Source: Phoronis australis (lineage: Eukaryota; Animalia; Phoronida). From it: 64,000 nt of DNA. Below are positions 1-14,400 of the stretch, in pieces. The stretch covers positions 1-64,000 of the forward strand of contig NMRA01000595.1 in the NCBI GenBank assembly GCA_002633005.1. Reading direction: 5' to 3'. Each line of letters starts with the position of its first letter. Positions within the stretch are counted from its first letter, which is position 1. The position numbers and the translations under genes are program-made. The notes under the pieces were generated by a model that had not been told where the DNA came from, searched no databases, and saw only the letters and a program-made list of their open reading frames with translations.

Positions 1-74
1 TTTTGAAAATGCGACCTGGGATTTTGGCTAGGTCGCAAAATGCGACCTGGCGATTTTAATAGCGTCGAGCCCTG
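1..74. mobile_element. Right end of a CAGGG-terminated MITE, truncated by the window edge
   Basis: Ends in GTCGAGCCCTG with subterminal GCGACCT/GGTCGC motifs. The same terminus and motifs occur at 42176-42277. Confidence 0.6.
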
Positions 75-1932
75 TTTAGGCAAGCAGGTTTTGTCACAGA
101 ATGTTAACATGTCAACCATTAACTGAGTTACGCTACAAGACACCGTGATACCGTTTAATAAGAGTTTATATGAAAACCAAACTTATTTTTATATATGCAG
201 AGACACTGACAATTAAGCCAGATAAAATTTCAGCAGTCATTGGTTGCAAAAATCTTCAAAATTTAAGAATCAAATGTAATAGCTGCATGGTGTCGCTGTT
301 TTCTAATAGCACATTTGCAAGAGGTCTTCAACAAATCCTGGAGTCAGCGAATGAAGTACTGCGACAATTTGAGCTTTAATCTCACAAGCATATTTTTGGT
401 TCTAAATTTCGAAACTTGAACCAACAACAATTAGATGTATCAAACATTTTACAGGTTTAAAACCAACTTAAAAAACAAAAAATTAAAAGTGGCACAACAG
501 TAAACCAGATGCGTTTTGTCCCATAATGCGCTAAATGCAAACCCTCAGGACTAGGAGCAGAATGTGTAAAAACACATAGATCTACCATATTCCAGACAAG
601 TGTATCTATGTGCAGTCCGTAGGCCACTTCATTAAATATTGAGCACTTAGAAGAGCATTCACTCAGCACAGCAACATTTAACCTTTACAAGCCCTGAATG
701 AAACATGTATCCCAAAGTGGCTATGAAACACACAAGTCTACTTTTTAGCCTACATGTGTTTTGAAGCCGAGTTCAACATCTTCTAAACTTTGATCGACTG
801 CCACTATCAAGACGGCCAGCCTTTGATGAAATTGATAGCACTCATGAAGTTGTGCCACAGACGATAATTCCAGCAAAAAAGTCTAATTTAAGTGTATCCG
901 GTTTGTTGACGCCTGGCATTCATCCATGTTGCTTGCCAGACATTTTGGGCTTAGAATTTTGGGGATGACTATAAATCAGGAGTGTCGATCATTCTCACAC
1001 TACAGGCGCTTTGAAATTGACATGCAAGGAGAAAGGATTAATTCTTTAACCATGCTCTTAGCCATTATACAATTGTCCCAGTTCCCAGTTAGCTTGTCTA
1101 AATAAACAGTCGGCTTAACACAGGGTTTGTGGTCTTGGCTATAAGAAGACAATTATTTTATTGGTCCCTATATATTCTGAATAGCCTAACCCATAATCTG
1201 AATGAAATTTTATCGTCACTCTGACTTTACAGTTGTATCTCATCACACACAAAGTGACCCTGGTATAATTTTAAGGACTTCAGGAACTAGGGTAGAATAT
1301 CACAGATGAACAAGATGAACACTGTCGGTGTTTCGTTATACTCTTATCTTAACACCATCAGCTTAATGAGTTTAGATTAAAATTCACCCACCAAACAAAC
1401 ACTTGCATGTTGTCTGTATGCAGAGAATTCATGACCCACGTTCATGTTTAACTCTAAGACAAATCTAATTTAATAACAAATATTATAAACAAACGAAAAC
1501 AAACTAATTAACATACGCCTGCAGTGAAACAATACAGACATAGTCTAGATTAAAAAATAAAATAGTTAAGACACTGCTTGCAGACCTTTAGAGTTCAGCA
1601 AATGTCTGGCAGACACTGAATAGTGAGAATTAACACAAAAACAAGGGATTTTTATTTTTCATAGCTCACTGGTAAAAGCTACCAACTTGAAAAAATGTAT
1701 CTCTGACTCATCCAACAACTAATTCCAGAAATGGCTGTGAAAACGCGTCCCTTTAAAATGGCTTTAAATTGTGTAAAAGAAATTTAATTAAATTAATTTA
1801 ATCCCGGAATGTAAATACGTTATCGCAGGCAAAATCAAATAACATAAATGTCTTGCATTAATTTCAGTAAAATATTTTGTGAAAAAACATGGACCATGTA
1901 AATGCTAAACATACAGTAGTCAGTAGGCCTAC

Positions 1933-2113
1933 CTAGGTCTTGTCTCGCTTGGTCTAGGCGGCATATTTCCTGGTTCAAGTGAATGACGACAAGCGTGAAG
2001 ATCATTATACAACAAACTAAAAAATACCACTGCTTAACGGTAATCATGGTGTGAAGTGAACAGCAGCTTGGCGTTTTCTTGCAAAAGACCAACCAAACGG
2101 TCGTCGAGAACAT
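1933..2113 (-). CDS. Candidate first coding exon of a type II membrane protein, divergent from PMPCA
   Basis: ATG at 2113 (or 2047) reads MFSTTVW...MITVKQWYFLVCCIMIFTLVVIHLNQEICRLDQARQDL: one hydrophobic anchor then a polar stem, ending at the donor G|GTAGGC (1932). Downstream exons were not identified. Confidence 0.4.
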
Positions 2114-2416
2114 TTGTAATAATCATGACAACGCCGCTCACTTTCGTCGTCTGCCTGTCGCATCATTGACCTATATTTAGGACATGCATGAAAATACGAA
2201 AAGTAGTTGTGTTGTTTGATAATCAATGTAAATAATACAAAGAAGAAAAAAATAATTCAAGGCCAAAAAATTAACAGATGTGTTGAATATTTTTGAATAT
2301 TTCCTGATTTATCAGCATTTAATCTGAATTTTGTAGATACATGTTAATGATATTATTTTTAAAAGTACTTCGCTAAAACTGTAATACATACCTACTCCAT
2401 TTGCTTTATTTCCGTA

Positions 2417-2472
2417 ATGGCTACCAGGTTGTGGAGTCGTGTGTCTCGGTCTTGTGCCGAAAAGGCCACACG
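2417..2472 (+). CDS. PMPCA: PMPCA exon 1 (targeting presequence [19 protein letters not shown])
   Basis: ATG at 2417; donor GTAAG at 2473; phase 2 matches exon 2. Confidence 0.85.
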
Positions 2473-5400
2473 GTAAGATTTTGGAATAGGTGTCGTTTAT
2501 TTTGCATAAACTTTACATGTGTTTTCATCCCTTCCATGTCTGAAGTGTCATCTCTACTTTCGTAAAAGCTGCAATTGTGCCTTCAACTTCTTATTTAAAA
2601 ACCGATTTCAGAATTGAAGGATAGATAGGCTTACTCATTGCCATGCCATTGTCATGCCTGACAGCCTGACCAGAGCTTAAAAAGTTCACATCACTTGGTT
2701 TAGCGAAATGGCGATGGACCGTTTAAAAGTTATTGTCAAATTGGCATCGCAAGAAATGACGTACTGTAGCATGTATCACGCAAGCAACATTGTCATTGAG
2801 CGGCTGACGCTGGCAGCCGGACTTTAAACCTTACAATGAGAATTCCTTAATTCCTTGAGTTGCAGAGACTCGAACATAACTATCCCAAACACAAAACAAA
2901 ACATCTGGATTAGTATTTCTAACGTATTTCGTCAATCAACTAATGACTTGCACTCTGACTCAAACCTTGACAGCTTGTACACACAGTTCTTTAGCCACAT
3001 AATAGTAACCCAAATGGACCGAAGACTTTGCCACCATCTCTACTGGCCCTAGAGACAGTGAGCTTCATATGCTGGAAGCTTTTTAGCAAATTATACCTCA
3101 CACTGATTAAAACATCCAAGTCACACATTGTTATTTAATATCTTTTGCGCATAGAGGGTCACTCAATATGACATAACATCCCCTGGTACGTACAGTGTAA
3201 AAATGGCCAGTTGCCGACTTAGGCAACTGAATGAAAAACTACTTGAAAAAAATTTGATTATTGGAGTATTTGTTCAAGTTGGAATGAATTACGGACATCA
3301 ACGGCCTCCTGAGGTGTCCCTATATGCGCAACCTGATTTTGATGTTTCAGTAAGTATGAGGCATAATTCGATAAAAATCTGCTGTTGTATGAAGCTCCTG
3401 TATATAAGCTTCGCCATCTCTACATGCAGTCGAGATGGTGGTACTTTCGAAATGCAGCACTGCATGGTTGCTGATTGTTTGCGCCCTATGCAGTCAAATT
3501 CACAGGACAGCATGGTACAATTTTGTAAATTTAACCATGAAAAACTAATATGAGGGCAACAGGACCATTATTGGGAAAATCTGCTGTTGTTGGACATTTT
3601 TATCGCCATTTGGCGACATTCTGGAATATCTTATCGCCATTTCCACATTTGCTGTCGCCAATGACAATGAAAAACAGGAGTTTTTGAGCATTGCTGGCAC
3701 TGGTTTCATTAGCTCTCCGCAACGTGTCGTAAGCCAGGGCGCACTTAAGAATATTTATGTGAAACCAGGAACATTTGTAGTTCGGGATTCTTCACTGATT
3801 TTCCACTGACATAGGTACAGCTTATATCGTTCTTGGAAATGAATCTGACCAAGCTCATCACTGTTTTCTGTTTTCTTGTAGAACACGCCGTTCATTCTGC
3901 AGCGAGAAGGTGCCAGATGTCTGTGATATCCCCCTTACTGAGCCCTTACCCAGCATGCCTCACGTCAAGTACGCTGTACCCTCCAGTCATATGTACGATA
4001 CACAGGTGACTGTCCTGGAGAACGGCCTCAAGGTGGCGTCCGAAAACAAGTTCGGCCAGTTCTGCACAGTTGGTGGTAATAACACTTTGAGAATCTAAAA
4101 AAGTCATCACCCTACTGGGACTTATTTAAAACAACTTGTCTTAGAGCATCTTGCTCCCGTTCAGCCGAACGTCCACATCGCACACCATATATCTAATGAT
4201 AAATCTGGTGCAAAGGGATTGGGGAAAAATGATCCTGTAGCAGAAAACAAGAACCTGTAAATCACCAATGGGAGGTCATGGGATTAGGATCCCAGGTGAC
4301 CACTTTGCGTGCATGTCCACAGGTGGGGCTGTTGCTTGACAAGCGATGCGTCCTGAATTTTACATTTCCCACCAGCCAATGGTTAGGTAGAATGTATCTT
4401 CAGTTCATTCAATTGAGAAGTTGTTGATGATTTATCTTTCCAGTGTTGACCGATTCCGGGTCAAGGTATGAAGTCGCCCACCCCAGTGGAATTTCTCATT
4501 TCTTAGAAAAATTAGCATTCACAGTGAGTAGATTTTTTTAATCAATACTTTTAACTTTTTTGCAACTGTCATGACATGGGTGTGCCTATGTTGGTCTTTT
4601 GTAATACCATTTCATGTGAACGGACTATAACCAAATCCCAATCTTCCTAAAATCAAGGTTTTCTCCTGCTTTGAAAGTATTCTTTTCCCATGTGCAGTTG
4701 ATTTGGGTTTCTAAGCAGCCATCTGGTTGTTAGCAATATTGATGGCGACAGTTCAACTTTCAGTGACCTGAAGTCAACATTATGACATGTCTTCCTGGCA
4801 GTGGTTTCTCTTCCTGCTTTATACTAGTAGACACTGACGCTAGAATAAATGATCACCCACCACCAATCAAAGGTTCAGCTTCATTCATCTTGAAACGAGG
4901 ACACTTTCCGGTGGTTGAAGTTTACCCTCATAGATAAGCCATCACGTGTGAACAGGGTGGAAGTGGAGCCCCCTGCTGAAATAGACAAAGCAGTAGTTTT
5001 TTACTTTGCAAATTTTTGCGTTTCTATTTTTAACCCAGCAAATCTAAAACGTGTAAGATTTAAGTGATTGCTTTTGTGTCTTTTAAATTTGAACTTCGTT
5101 AAATTTAGTCAATTTCTGTACCAATACGGAATCGTTTAGTACGTGCAAATCTCTTTGTTATCATTAATCCTACCTATTAACATGGCAGGTGTTCCTTTTG
5201 CTTAGGTATTGTTGTTACCCTGCAAGTTCACACAATGTTGAGTGCAAGTACGGTGCTGGTCGTGAGGTGGAAAATCATTTGTGTTCAGTCGATTCCATTT
5301 CTTTGCAGTCCACCACAAAGTTCAAAGATCGCGATCACATCTTACAGGAACTAGAGAAGCATGGTGGGATATGTGACTGTCAGAGCTCCAGGTGAGAAGG

Positions 5401-8400
5401 TCATGTGGAGGTCGCGTGTTCATCTTGGCGGCGTCGCTGCTGTTATCCACCAAAATCTTATCAGTGTAGAATGAGACTTATAACAAAAATTACCTATACA
5501 AGACTTCTTACAAATACAGTCATTTTCACGAGTGAAATGCATGTGCTTTTACAACCACCCCTTAAAAGTTTACAAAGACTGTTGGCTACTGTTCTTAGTG
5601 GGTAAGGTGTACAGTGTGCTTTACTGTTGTATAACGACGTGGTAAAATAGCAATCTGTTTTTAAGCAATGCTCCTTATGGACAGCAAATCTTCACATTGA
5701 AGCAATCAATGAACTCTAGTCTGTCCAGTCATGTTTCATGTAGAACCAGGAGTGGCACCTGGTCATATTGAAGAAAACTAAAACGAGGAGTTGCACCACA
5801 AAACAGAACCAAAACGATGCTTTACAAAGTTTCACTGTGCGTGGCTTCAACAACCTTAACTGTCAGTGTTCACCTGTTTGGCCGCAGTATGGAACTGCTG
5901 CAATTTGTTTTAATCGTTATATTTCCTGGCAAAAAAATGATTGAACAAAGTCTACTTCATCATTAGCATGGGTTATATGCAGCCCTTTATGCAGCGTATG
6001 TCCTGGGCACCCTAGCACTAATTTGGACCCCTGGCAAGGATGCCCAACTATCATTTGGCCGCCCACTGTCAATAGAAACCTTTCAAGTTTGGACTCACAC
6101 ATTGTAATGAATACTAGGAAGCCTCTGAAGGCTCACAGTGGGGGCTCTTCTTTCAAAGCAGGGAGAAATATACAATGTATATACAAAGTATATGCATTGT
6201 TGCTGTTTTGACACTTGATTGACAGCATTGTAAAAGTCTTGGTCTACGCAGTTTTTTTAGTAAAAATGCTCACCATTTATAAACTTAGATGTTAAAACCT
6301 TGATCTATGCATTTTTGTAAAAAAATCTGTGTGTTTGGGGGTATTGCTGGGGGTGGGGGGTTACGCGTCGGAATCATGGACACCCTGGAATATTGGGAAC
6401 CCCATTTTGGACACCCTATTTTCAAAATCCTGGATAAAGGCCTGGTTATATGGTACAGTTATCACGAAACAACGCTTAGTGGATTATGTATTATTTGTAG
6501 CTAGGTAAATGAACTTGTCGTATTAGTAAAATTACCGTTTTGCAGTTATTTTTTGTGCTCAATAACTCAGCTAGGTAGCGCTTTGTCAATTTAATAGACG
6601 ACATGTTTCCAATACACGCACATATGTGCAAACATTTTGAATGTTTTGAATGAAAACTTCAGTGGAAACATAACATAAGATGGACATGTGTGTATGTTTA
6701 CTGTAAACATAACATTGTTTAGTGTCAAAGGCCTTGTTATCTATTTTCTGTAACTTATTCCAATTGCCATTATGTTATGGGAAATTATGTAAATCTTTTC
6801 TTTGCAGAGATACTCTCATTCACGCAATATCTGCTGATTTAAAAGGATTGCCGAATGTCGTGGATATTCTCTCTGAAGTGGTGCTCAGGCCAAATCTGTC
6901 AGAAGCCGAGGTATTTGATTGGTATAATTCTGTTGTGTAGCGAAACTCAAAGGATTGATACCAGCCCGAGTATTTGCTTTAAAAGGGTGAAGCCAACAAT
7001 TTTGGTCTGGTGTTATCTTCATTGAAATACATGCGCTCAGTTTGGGACGTAGTTCGACTATGATTATTTTCCCGTTGGTCCTTATTGATCTGTCCGCTGG
7101 AACACAGTGTTGTGATCGGCCCAAGAATGAACGTCCGGTTTGTTGTTTCAATATTTGATTGAACACAATGGTTACTTTCTTGCTTTACTCGTTGCACATG
7201 CTGTTTTAAGGATTTGAAAATAATTAAATAGGCTACAAACCACCTTATGTTGAGCAAATTTGACTTTCAATTTCGTTGACAAAACTGATGAGTTTGTTGC
7301 ATAAGAGATGCTAGACTAGGTGTCATTAGGATAGTTTTTAGCGAGATCGCACAAGTTGTCGCAAGATATTGTCAAGCATTACAAGCGCAGCCCATGATCG
7401 CTCTGACTTTCACTCTCCAGTGTTTTGTTCTGGAACTGGGCCCAGTTGTCTGTTCTATAAAAAGTAACAATTAAGACGGAGAGCACTTTAAAGCACTTTC
7501 CTTATTGAACACATTACTGGTTTCAACTTGCTTCTGTCGCGGACTAGAAGCAAGTTTTTAGCTTTTGAAGAAGGGGCAGTTTGTCAATGTGGATGAAAGA
7601 GATGTATTACATAGTGTTTGCATCCTAGTAATTTGAGCTGCCCTTCCCCAGGCAGGTCCCCTGTGGCTGTTAGGTGGGTTCTAAACTCTGCGTTGTGTAG
7701 TTTCACCCCGCAGGTATAGTGAGAAGAATGAAGAAAGTTGGAGAATGTTGACAAAATGGGGACTTGAGGAAATTTTGAGGTGAATCAAAAATAACCAACA
7801 ATCAACAGCAATCACAGTACTGAGTAAGACAACAAGTGAAACAGTTTTTGCTCCAGCATTTTGGAAAGTAGAGTGAGTGTTTCTCGGTGGCTTCGAATTT
7901 TGTTAAGCTGCGAGTGATCGTTGTTCTAACTTTCAGATTGAGGACAGTCGAATGGCGATAGGGTTTGAGCTGGAATCTCTCAATATGAGGCCTGACCCTG
8001 AGCCTATTCTGATGGAAATGATCCATGCTGTAAGTATAGCCACACCTGCCGTTTTGAATGGTTTCTACAAACTCAGTGTTCTGTTAAAACTAGTCTGGCA
8101 GGAGATTTTTTGTGTCCGATAAAATTTTTCAATCTGGGAGAAAAAGAATTGCAAAAATTGACTTATTTCTATTTTCATTTGCTTACCACATTGTTGCAAA
8201 TGTTCAAAATTTTACCAAATGTTCGGTATTAGATACGCCATAAAAACTATGCTAAAAGCAAAGTTAATTGTTCTGAAAAGTTATTTTTGGTGAGAAATTT
8301 GGCAAAGTGAAATTTTACCTGTCTGCCATATTGTATCCCAAACGAAGAATTTTTACCGTAACCTTGTGTGTGGTACCATATTGATAAGTCTGCATTTAGT

Positions 8401-11400
8401 CAAATATATAGAAAACTATAATAATACTATGCAAAACTGTATTTTTTAAAAGTAGATTAGCCGATACAGATTTGATCTTTAACTTAACACCAGTCTGTGT
8501 TTAATTTGGCCATGTGACGGTGTCTTTTTATTAAAAGCTACCTATGAAAACAAAAACTACATTTCATAGAAACACAAAGGTATATGTGACCACGTTCCTT
8601 TCAGTATAAAGGTTCAATATGAAATTTCAAAAATAGTTTTCTGAATTACTCTTTGGATTTTGTTTGAATTTTTTAGTGAAAATCTTAAGAGTCACAATTT
8701 TTAATAGCTTGTCATGCCAACATGGGAATTTGAAAAACAATTCCAAAACTGATTAAGGGAACACTGTCTGAAAGTCTCAATTGAATTCATTCAGCCATCT
8801 CTGAGATATGATTCTCCGAAGATAACCAGATTCGAACGTTTTTTCACAGTCCCTTGTAACCTTAAAACTGGTGGTTAAATTGTCAGGTCAAGTAGAACCC
8901 ATTTGTAGCATGAACAATTTCTTTCTCTCAGTGTGTAAAGCAAGTCACTTGAAATAAATGTATTTAATGAAATGATATTTCTTGCTGTTCTTAGTAGATT
9001 TGATTTGATTTACTGCTTCCAATCACGGGATGGAAACGGTTTCATGGTCTTGCTTATGAACTCCAGCTATCATCCTCCAAAGCCCAGTCTCAGGTGAGGA
9101 GGTATTTGGTACCTGCGACTGGTTTTTGTCGACGTGTGTTAAGTGTTTTTGGAAACGTGCTGAATTTTAGGGGTTCAGTACTGCGGATTTAGGGTCTACA
9201 TTTTCAGGACTGAGGTTTAGAAGATCATAAGTGGACTTGTTTCATCCCTTGAGAATTCCTATTCGATAATTTGAGGTTTTTACCATTGGTTTTTGTTAAT
9301 TTGTTTTTAGGCTGCATACAGAAATAATACACTTGGTCTGCCCAAGATCTGTCCAGCCGAGAACTTGTCCGTGATAACGCGCTCTGATCTCCTGACCTAC
9401 ATGCACGCCCATCACACACCCAGTCGCATGGTGTTGGCAGGTGTCGGTATGCCACATGACCAATTGGTTGAGCTGGCCAAAAAGCATTTCCTTTCCAAGA
9501 CCCCAGTGTGGGAGGAGCAGAGTGACTTGATTGACAGGTCAAGGGGCACATGTCAATCAATTGCTCAATACACAGGAGGGGAATGCAAGGTGAGTTTAAT
9601 GGCAGTTCTTATTTTGAACTGCTCTCAAACCCTTGCTCTTGTAGCATTGGAGTCTGGAAAAGATATATAACATCTGGTTGCTGAGTGGTCAATTAAGGAT
9701 GAAGTTAGTCAACATTCTGACGTGTTGGTATATTTTGTGGCCACTGTTCAATTTGTCACTAGAGTAGAACACCTTATTTAGGTTTTAATACATCTAAACT
9801 GTGTATTTGTTTTTGTATCTCATGAAGGCTATACAACAAAGGAGCAATGTACAATACAGATCTTTAAGCAGCAATTGAACAAATGATGCCAAAAGAGATT
9901 ACTCGAATTGTTGCATTACACAAGCCAAATCTGGCCGTTGCTTATTGTGGTAACCAATCTTGCCAAGTGGCCCAGCTTTCAAGATGTACACCAGACTCAA
10001 ACATTAATAGAGTCTCATTGTGTCTGGGTTCGAGCCTAATTTTGAAATTGTTTCTTTTTTGTTGTTGTTCTTGCATGTTTTTCCCCTCAACCAAAACATT
10101 GCCCTCTTAGAAGGCACAGTCACCTTTCCCCTCAGTTATATAAAAAAAATAATAATTGCAGACGGTCTGATACACGTTGTACCAGACGTGCGCAGGCCTC
10201 GCATGTGGGCCCATTGCACTGATCACCTGGAAATATTTTTATGCTTTATTAATATATGGTTAAAACCAAGCTGAGGAGCTAGAAACCTGGCTCAAGGGTT
10301 TAGCAGTGTGACCTGGTGGGACTCGAACCCACGACCTCGAGTAAAGAAAGCGGGCACTCATCAACCAGGCCACACTGCCTCCTCTTTCCCCTCAGTTAAG
10401 TGAGGGTGTAGAAAATCTGGGGTTTGGCCATGCTACATCACTGCAAGATCCCTGCACAAATAACAAAAGGCCGAAAAACAGCTATATTGAATAGGGGTTT
10501 GAATACAACACCATTGTGTGCGGGTGTTATTCACAACTGTTTGAATTAAAAGGGGATTCTCGCGGTAACGTAAACAAAAGCAAGCCAATATGTCTAACAG
10601 TTCATTGCATTTAGCAATTTACAGCACTGGTGGGCTCAGAGCGATGCTCTTAACATGTTGTAAGAACCAAATTTACAGGCCGTGTTACCATTCAAGATAG
10701 TCTTTTACTCAGTATGCATTTCATATATGCTGGGATTATTGTTGTCATAGACCATCTCGTCATCTTACCTCAGATTGAGAAAGACCTCTCCAACGTTAGC
10801 CTGGGCCCAACACCCATGCCTGAGTTGGCCCACGTTGTGCTGGGATTAGAAAGCTGCTCGCACAAGGACCCCGACTTTGTGGCTTGCTGTGTACTCAACA
10901 TGCTGATGGGTGGCGGAGGATCATTCTCAGCAGGAGGCCCCGGCAAGGGCATGTACACTCGCCTCTACCTCAATGTGCTCAACAGGTGATTTCAACTCTT
11001 CACCAAATTCTTACTTGCCTGATCTGATGTCCAATTCTGACTTTGGCCCGATTTTTACTCTGACCCAGAAAGTATTGATCAATTGGTCGAAGTTTGGTTG
11101 AAATTATTTTCATTAGGTTTGCACAATAAGTATGGAAAGGAATGTGCTTTCAAACTGGGATGATTCCCACACGAAAGTCGATTATTACAAATAGTTTATC
11201 CGGGCAAAAACTGCGCGTCAGATAATTTACCACTATTATACTGCGCTGTTGTATTAGGCCTGTCCTGAAATCAGGGCTTGGAATTTTGGATTTCCACTTT
11301 TTTCAAATGTTCTGTCTGTGTATTTTATTATATTTCCGCATAAAAAAATCGGATTTGATATAAAATTTCCGAGGCAAATTTCTTTCTTACCTCGGCGTTG

Positions 11401-14400
11401 CTGACGACATTCACCTCGAAAAGCGGAAGTTCCTCTTTATGTTTCGGAAAAACATAAATTGTCAACATTGCCGGGGCACCTAGGATAGCGTGGTGGATAT
11501 CTTCAATGGCGTCTCGTGAGATTGTAAATCGCGGTGACAAATACTACGACTCTGCAGCCAAAAATGTGTGGAGGTGGGAGTGGACGAACGAGGTAAAAAT
11601 ACAAAAAGATGCAGACGCACGCTTCTGGGGGGGTTTTTTTTAGTCCTCCCGATTTTTGTCGGCAAAAGGTCCACATCAACATTTTCAAGGCTGGGTGCAG
11701 GCTGGATGCGCGCATGTTTGGGGCCGTAAAAATTTCCGCTTTTTTGTCATGGGTCATTCCAAGCCCTGTGAAATGACCAGCATCACTCTCATTCCAAGGC
11801 ATTTACCCACAATGCAACACACGTGTCAAGCACTTGTCCCACTTCACGTGCAAATATACTTGTTACTATCTCATAATCCTAAGTATCATGTGATTCATCC
11901 TTACAATACAGGCACACTTGTAGGACTGCACTTGGAATATACAATGTTGACATCAAATTGTTGGCAAAAACCACAAATATCAGTTCTGGATTTACAATTT
12001 ACTGTAATTTTTCCCTTGATCATAAACTCGGGAATGTCAGACATTTTGAAAATAAGTCTTGAAGAGGAGAGTTCTATTCAAGTTTATCCTGTCGATATAA
12101 TTATAGGAAATAACGAATAATTATTATTTTCAAATGGTTTCTGTTACATGAAGTAAACTTCAATTTTAATTAGAAAACTTCTAGGATGTCTTCTTTCCCA
12201 GCAGCTGTTGGTAACCCACTGACAAAGAAGCAAGTTACATCAACCATGATCGGGTATCTGTAAACACTTCAGCAAATTTCTAAACATGATCAAAGGTTTC
12301 AAAAGCTTTAGCAGTTCATTTATGGCATGTTGTGAACTATGTGGTAGTCGCCGAAAACATCTGAGTAATGAAATTTTGCACATGAAATGTAGAAGTGGAT
12401 TCCGATCATGGAAAACTTACATTTTTTGGCCATTAAGTTTTACCCGAAATTGAAACATGTGGGTGGTGGATAGTTTAAAACGAACCTTTGTTGTTGACAA
12501 AGTGCGTGTTTTTCCTTTACAGACACTATTGGATGTTCAATGCTACAGCGTACAATCACTCTTATAATGACAGCGGCATCTTCTGTATACACGCCAGCTC
12601 CCATCCTGACCAGGTAAAATGAGCAGCCAGTGGCGCACACTTGTATCAGTAGTGGTGTTTAAGTCTATCCATTATGGGCTCTTTTGTAGAGATTTTCTTT
12701 TTTCTTTTAATTTTGAACTTGTCTTCTGGAAAACAGTCGTCATCCGATTTGTGGCCAGAATATGTCGAATCTCATGCATTACATTCTTAATTTTTGATAA
12801 TTAGCAACCGAAAATTTTCTGTACGATTTATCATTGTCAACCTAATCTGTTCTATTTTTCAGTTTTAGCTAGCCAGCTTGTATTCTCCTGTCCATTATTT
12901 GATTTTTGCAGTATTAAGTCTTGATAGTTTTCTTTTGAGAAAAAAGAGTTCCAGTTGTCTTTGAAATGACAACTTACTGGATATTTTATTTTCGTTTTAT
13001 ACCCATTATACGCCTTGACTTCAAATAACAATAATGACAAAATGTTGGTAAGAAATTAATTTTGTTTTCTTACAGATCCATGATGTCGTAGAAGTGATTG
13101 TGCGAGAAATGGTTAACATGTCAGGAAAAATCTCTTCAGTAAGTAGACCACCCAGCTTTGCCTTTTGAAGGGTTTGGCGATTTCAACATGTTCGAAAATT
13201 ATTGGCTCAAACTAGGAACTGTTTTAGTGTAAATTAGGTATGTAATATAAAAACATGGAATTTTTAACTTTTAAACTTTTTTTACTGGAAACTGTTGTCT
13301 TGGGGTTTACATTGACTCAATGACTTGTCGCGGATATCGTCGCTAAACAAAGATTGCTGCAAAATCTGTTCTGAGACAAAACTCTGTTGTCACATGGAAA
13401 TTTTCATCTGGTATTACTAAGGCTTCTCAGACAAAACCAAACCTTTGTATGGTAGTGTAGGGTAGCGCCATCTGTTTTTGCTAGGGAAACACAACATCCA
13501 GGTTTTGACCCAGTCTCATTCTCAGAATGCCAGCGGATGTGTTCCGTCATACCTTTATATCATACTGAAGGGCCTCACCAGCACTCAGTGACCTCCCTTA
13601 AAACCATTTCAGAATTGAACCCTCCAATTAGAAAAGTTTGCTATTTGTTAAATTTTGAAAATATTCTCGTCACCACGCATTTTCATTATTAATATCGGCA
13701 AATGTGGTAATGTGGCCTTCCTAGATGAGTGGTTTGTTTAGAGAATTATTTAGAAATAGTTGGTATTCCACATGTTTTTATCCAGTCTCAGACTCCATTG
13801 CGATGCTCAAATCATTCGTTAATAGTGGAAAGAGGTCGCCACTCAAATATTTCCTAAGAAAATAGGCTGTATGAGTTATGTAATTCGAGACGTGTAGAGG
13901 ACAAATACCACAATTGTGTTAGTTTGCAGTGCGTACCAAGACCTTCGGGTACAGTACCTTTTAGTGATTGCTTTTGTCATTCTCCTACGATATCTAAATT
14001 TGAATCTCTCATCAGAACTCTGGATACCCCCTTCTAAAATTCGTTCACCATGCCCTCAAGCTTCACAATTTACTATCCAGTCTGTAACGAACCTGACAAT
14101 GTACTGTCTTGTATTTTTATTTTCAATAATTTTGAGAATTCAACGTAGCTTATCCAAACCGAAAATCGACTTAATTAAGAAACTAAAACAGCACGAAAAT
14201 TGACCACCAGTGTTTTCACAATCCATAAATACACGGTAGACTTAAGGAGCTTGGTTCAGTACCTATTTGATACAGTTTCATACAACCTGGGATAGATGAC
14301 TAGAAGTATCGGGTTAAGTCTCACCATCGTTACTATGTTAATATTATTATCTTCTTCTATCAGGATGAGCTGAACCGTGCCAAGACTCAACTGCAGTCTA

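Noticed and set aside
10300-10383. tRNA gene
   Set aside because: It has A and B boxes but no convincing cloverleaf, and it is the head of a TSD-flanked SINE. The tRNA-like segments at 19462-19527 and 31746-31797 also lack a cloverleaf.
11503-12120. 99-aa and 154-aa ORFs in PMPCA intron 8
   Set aside because: They cross a MITE boundary into intron sequence and have no transposase or other motifs.
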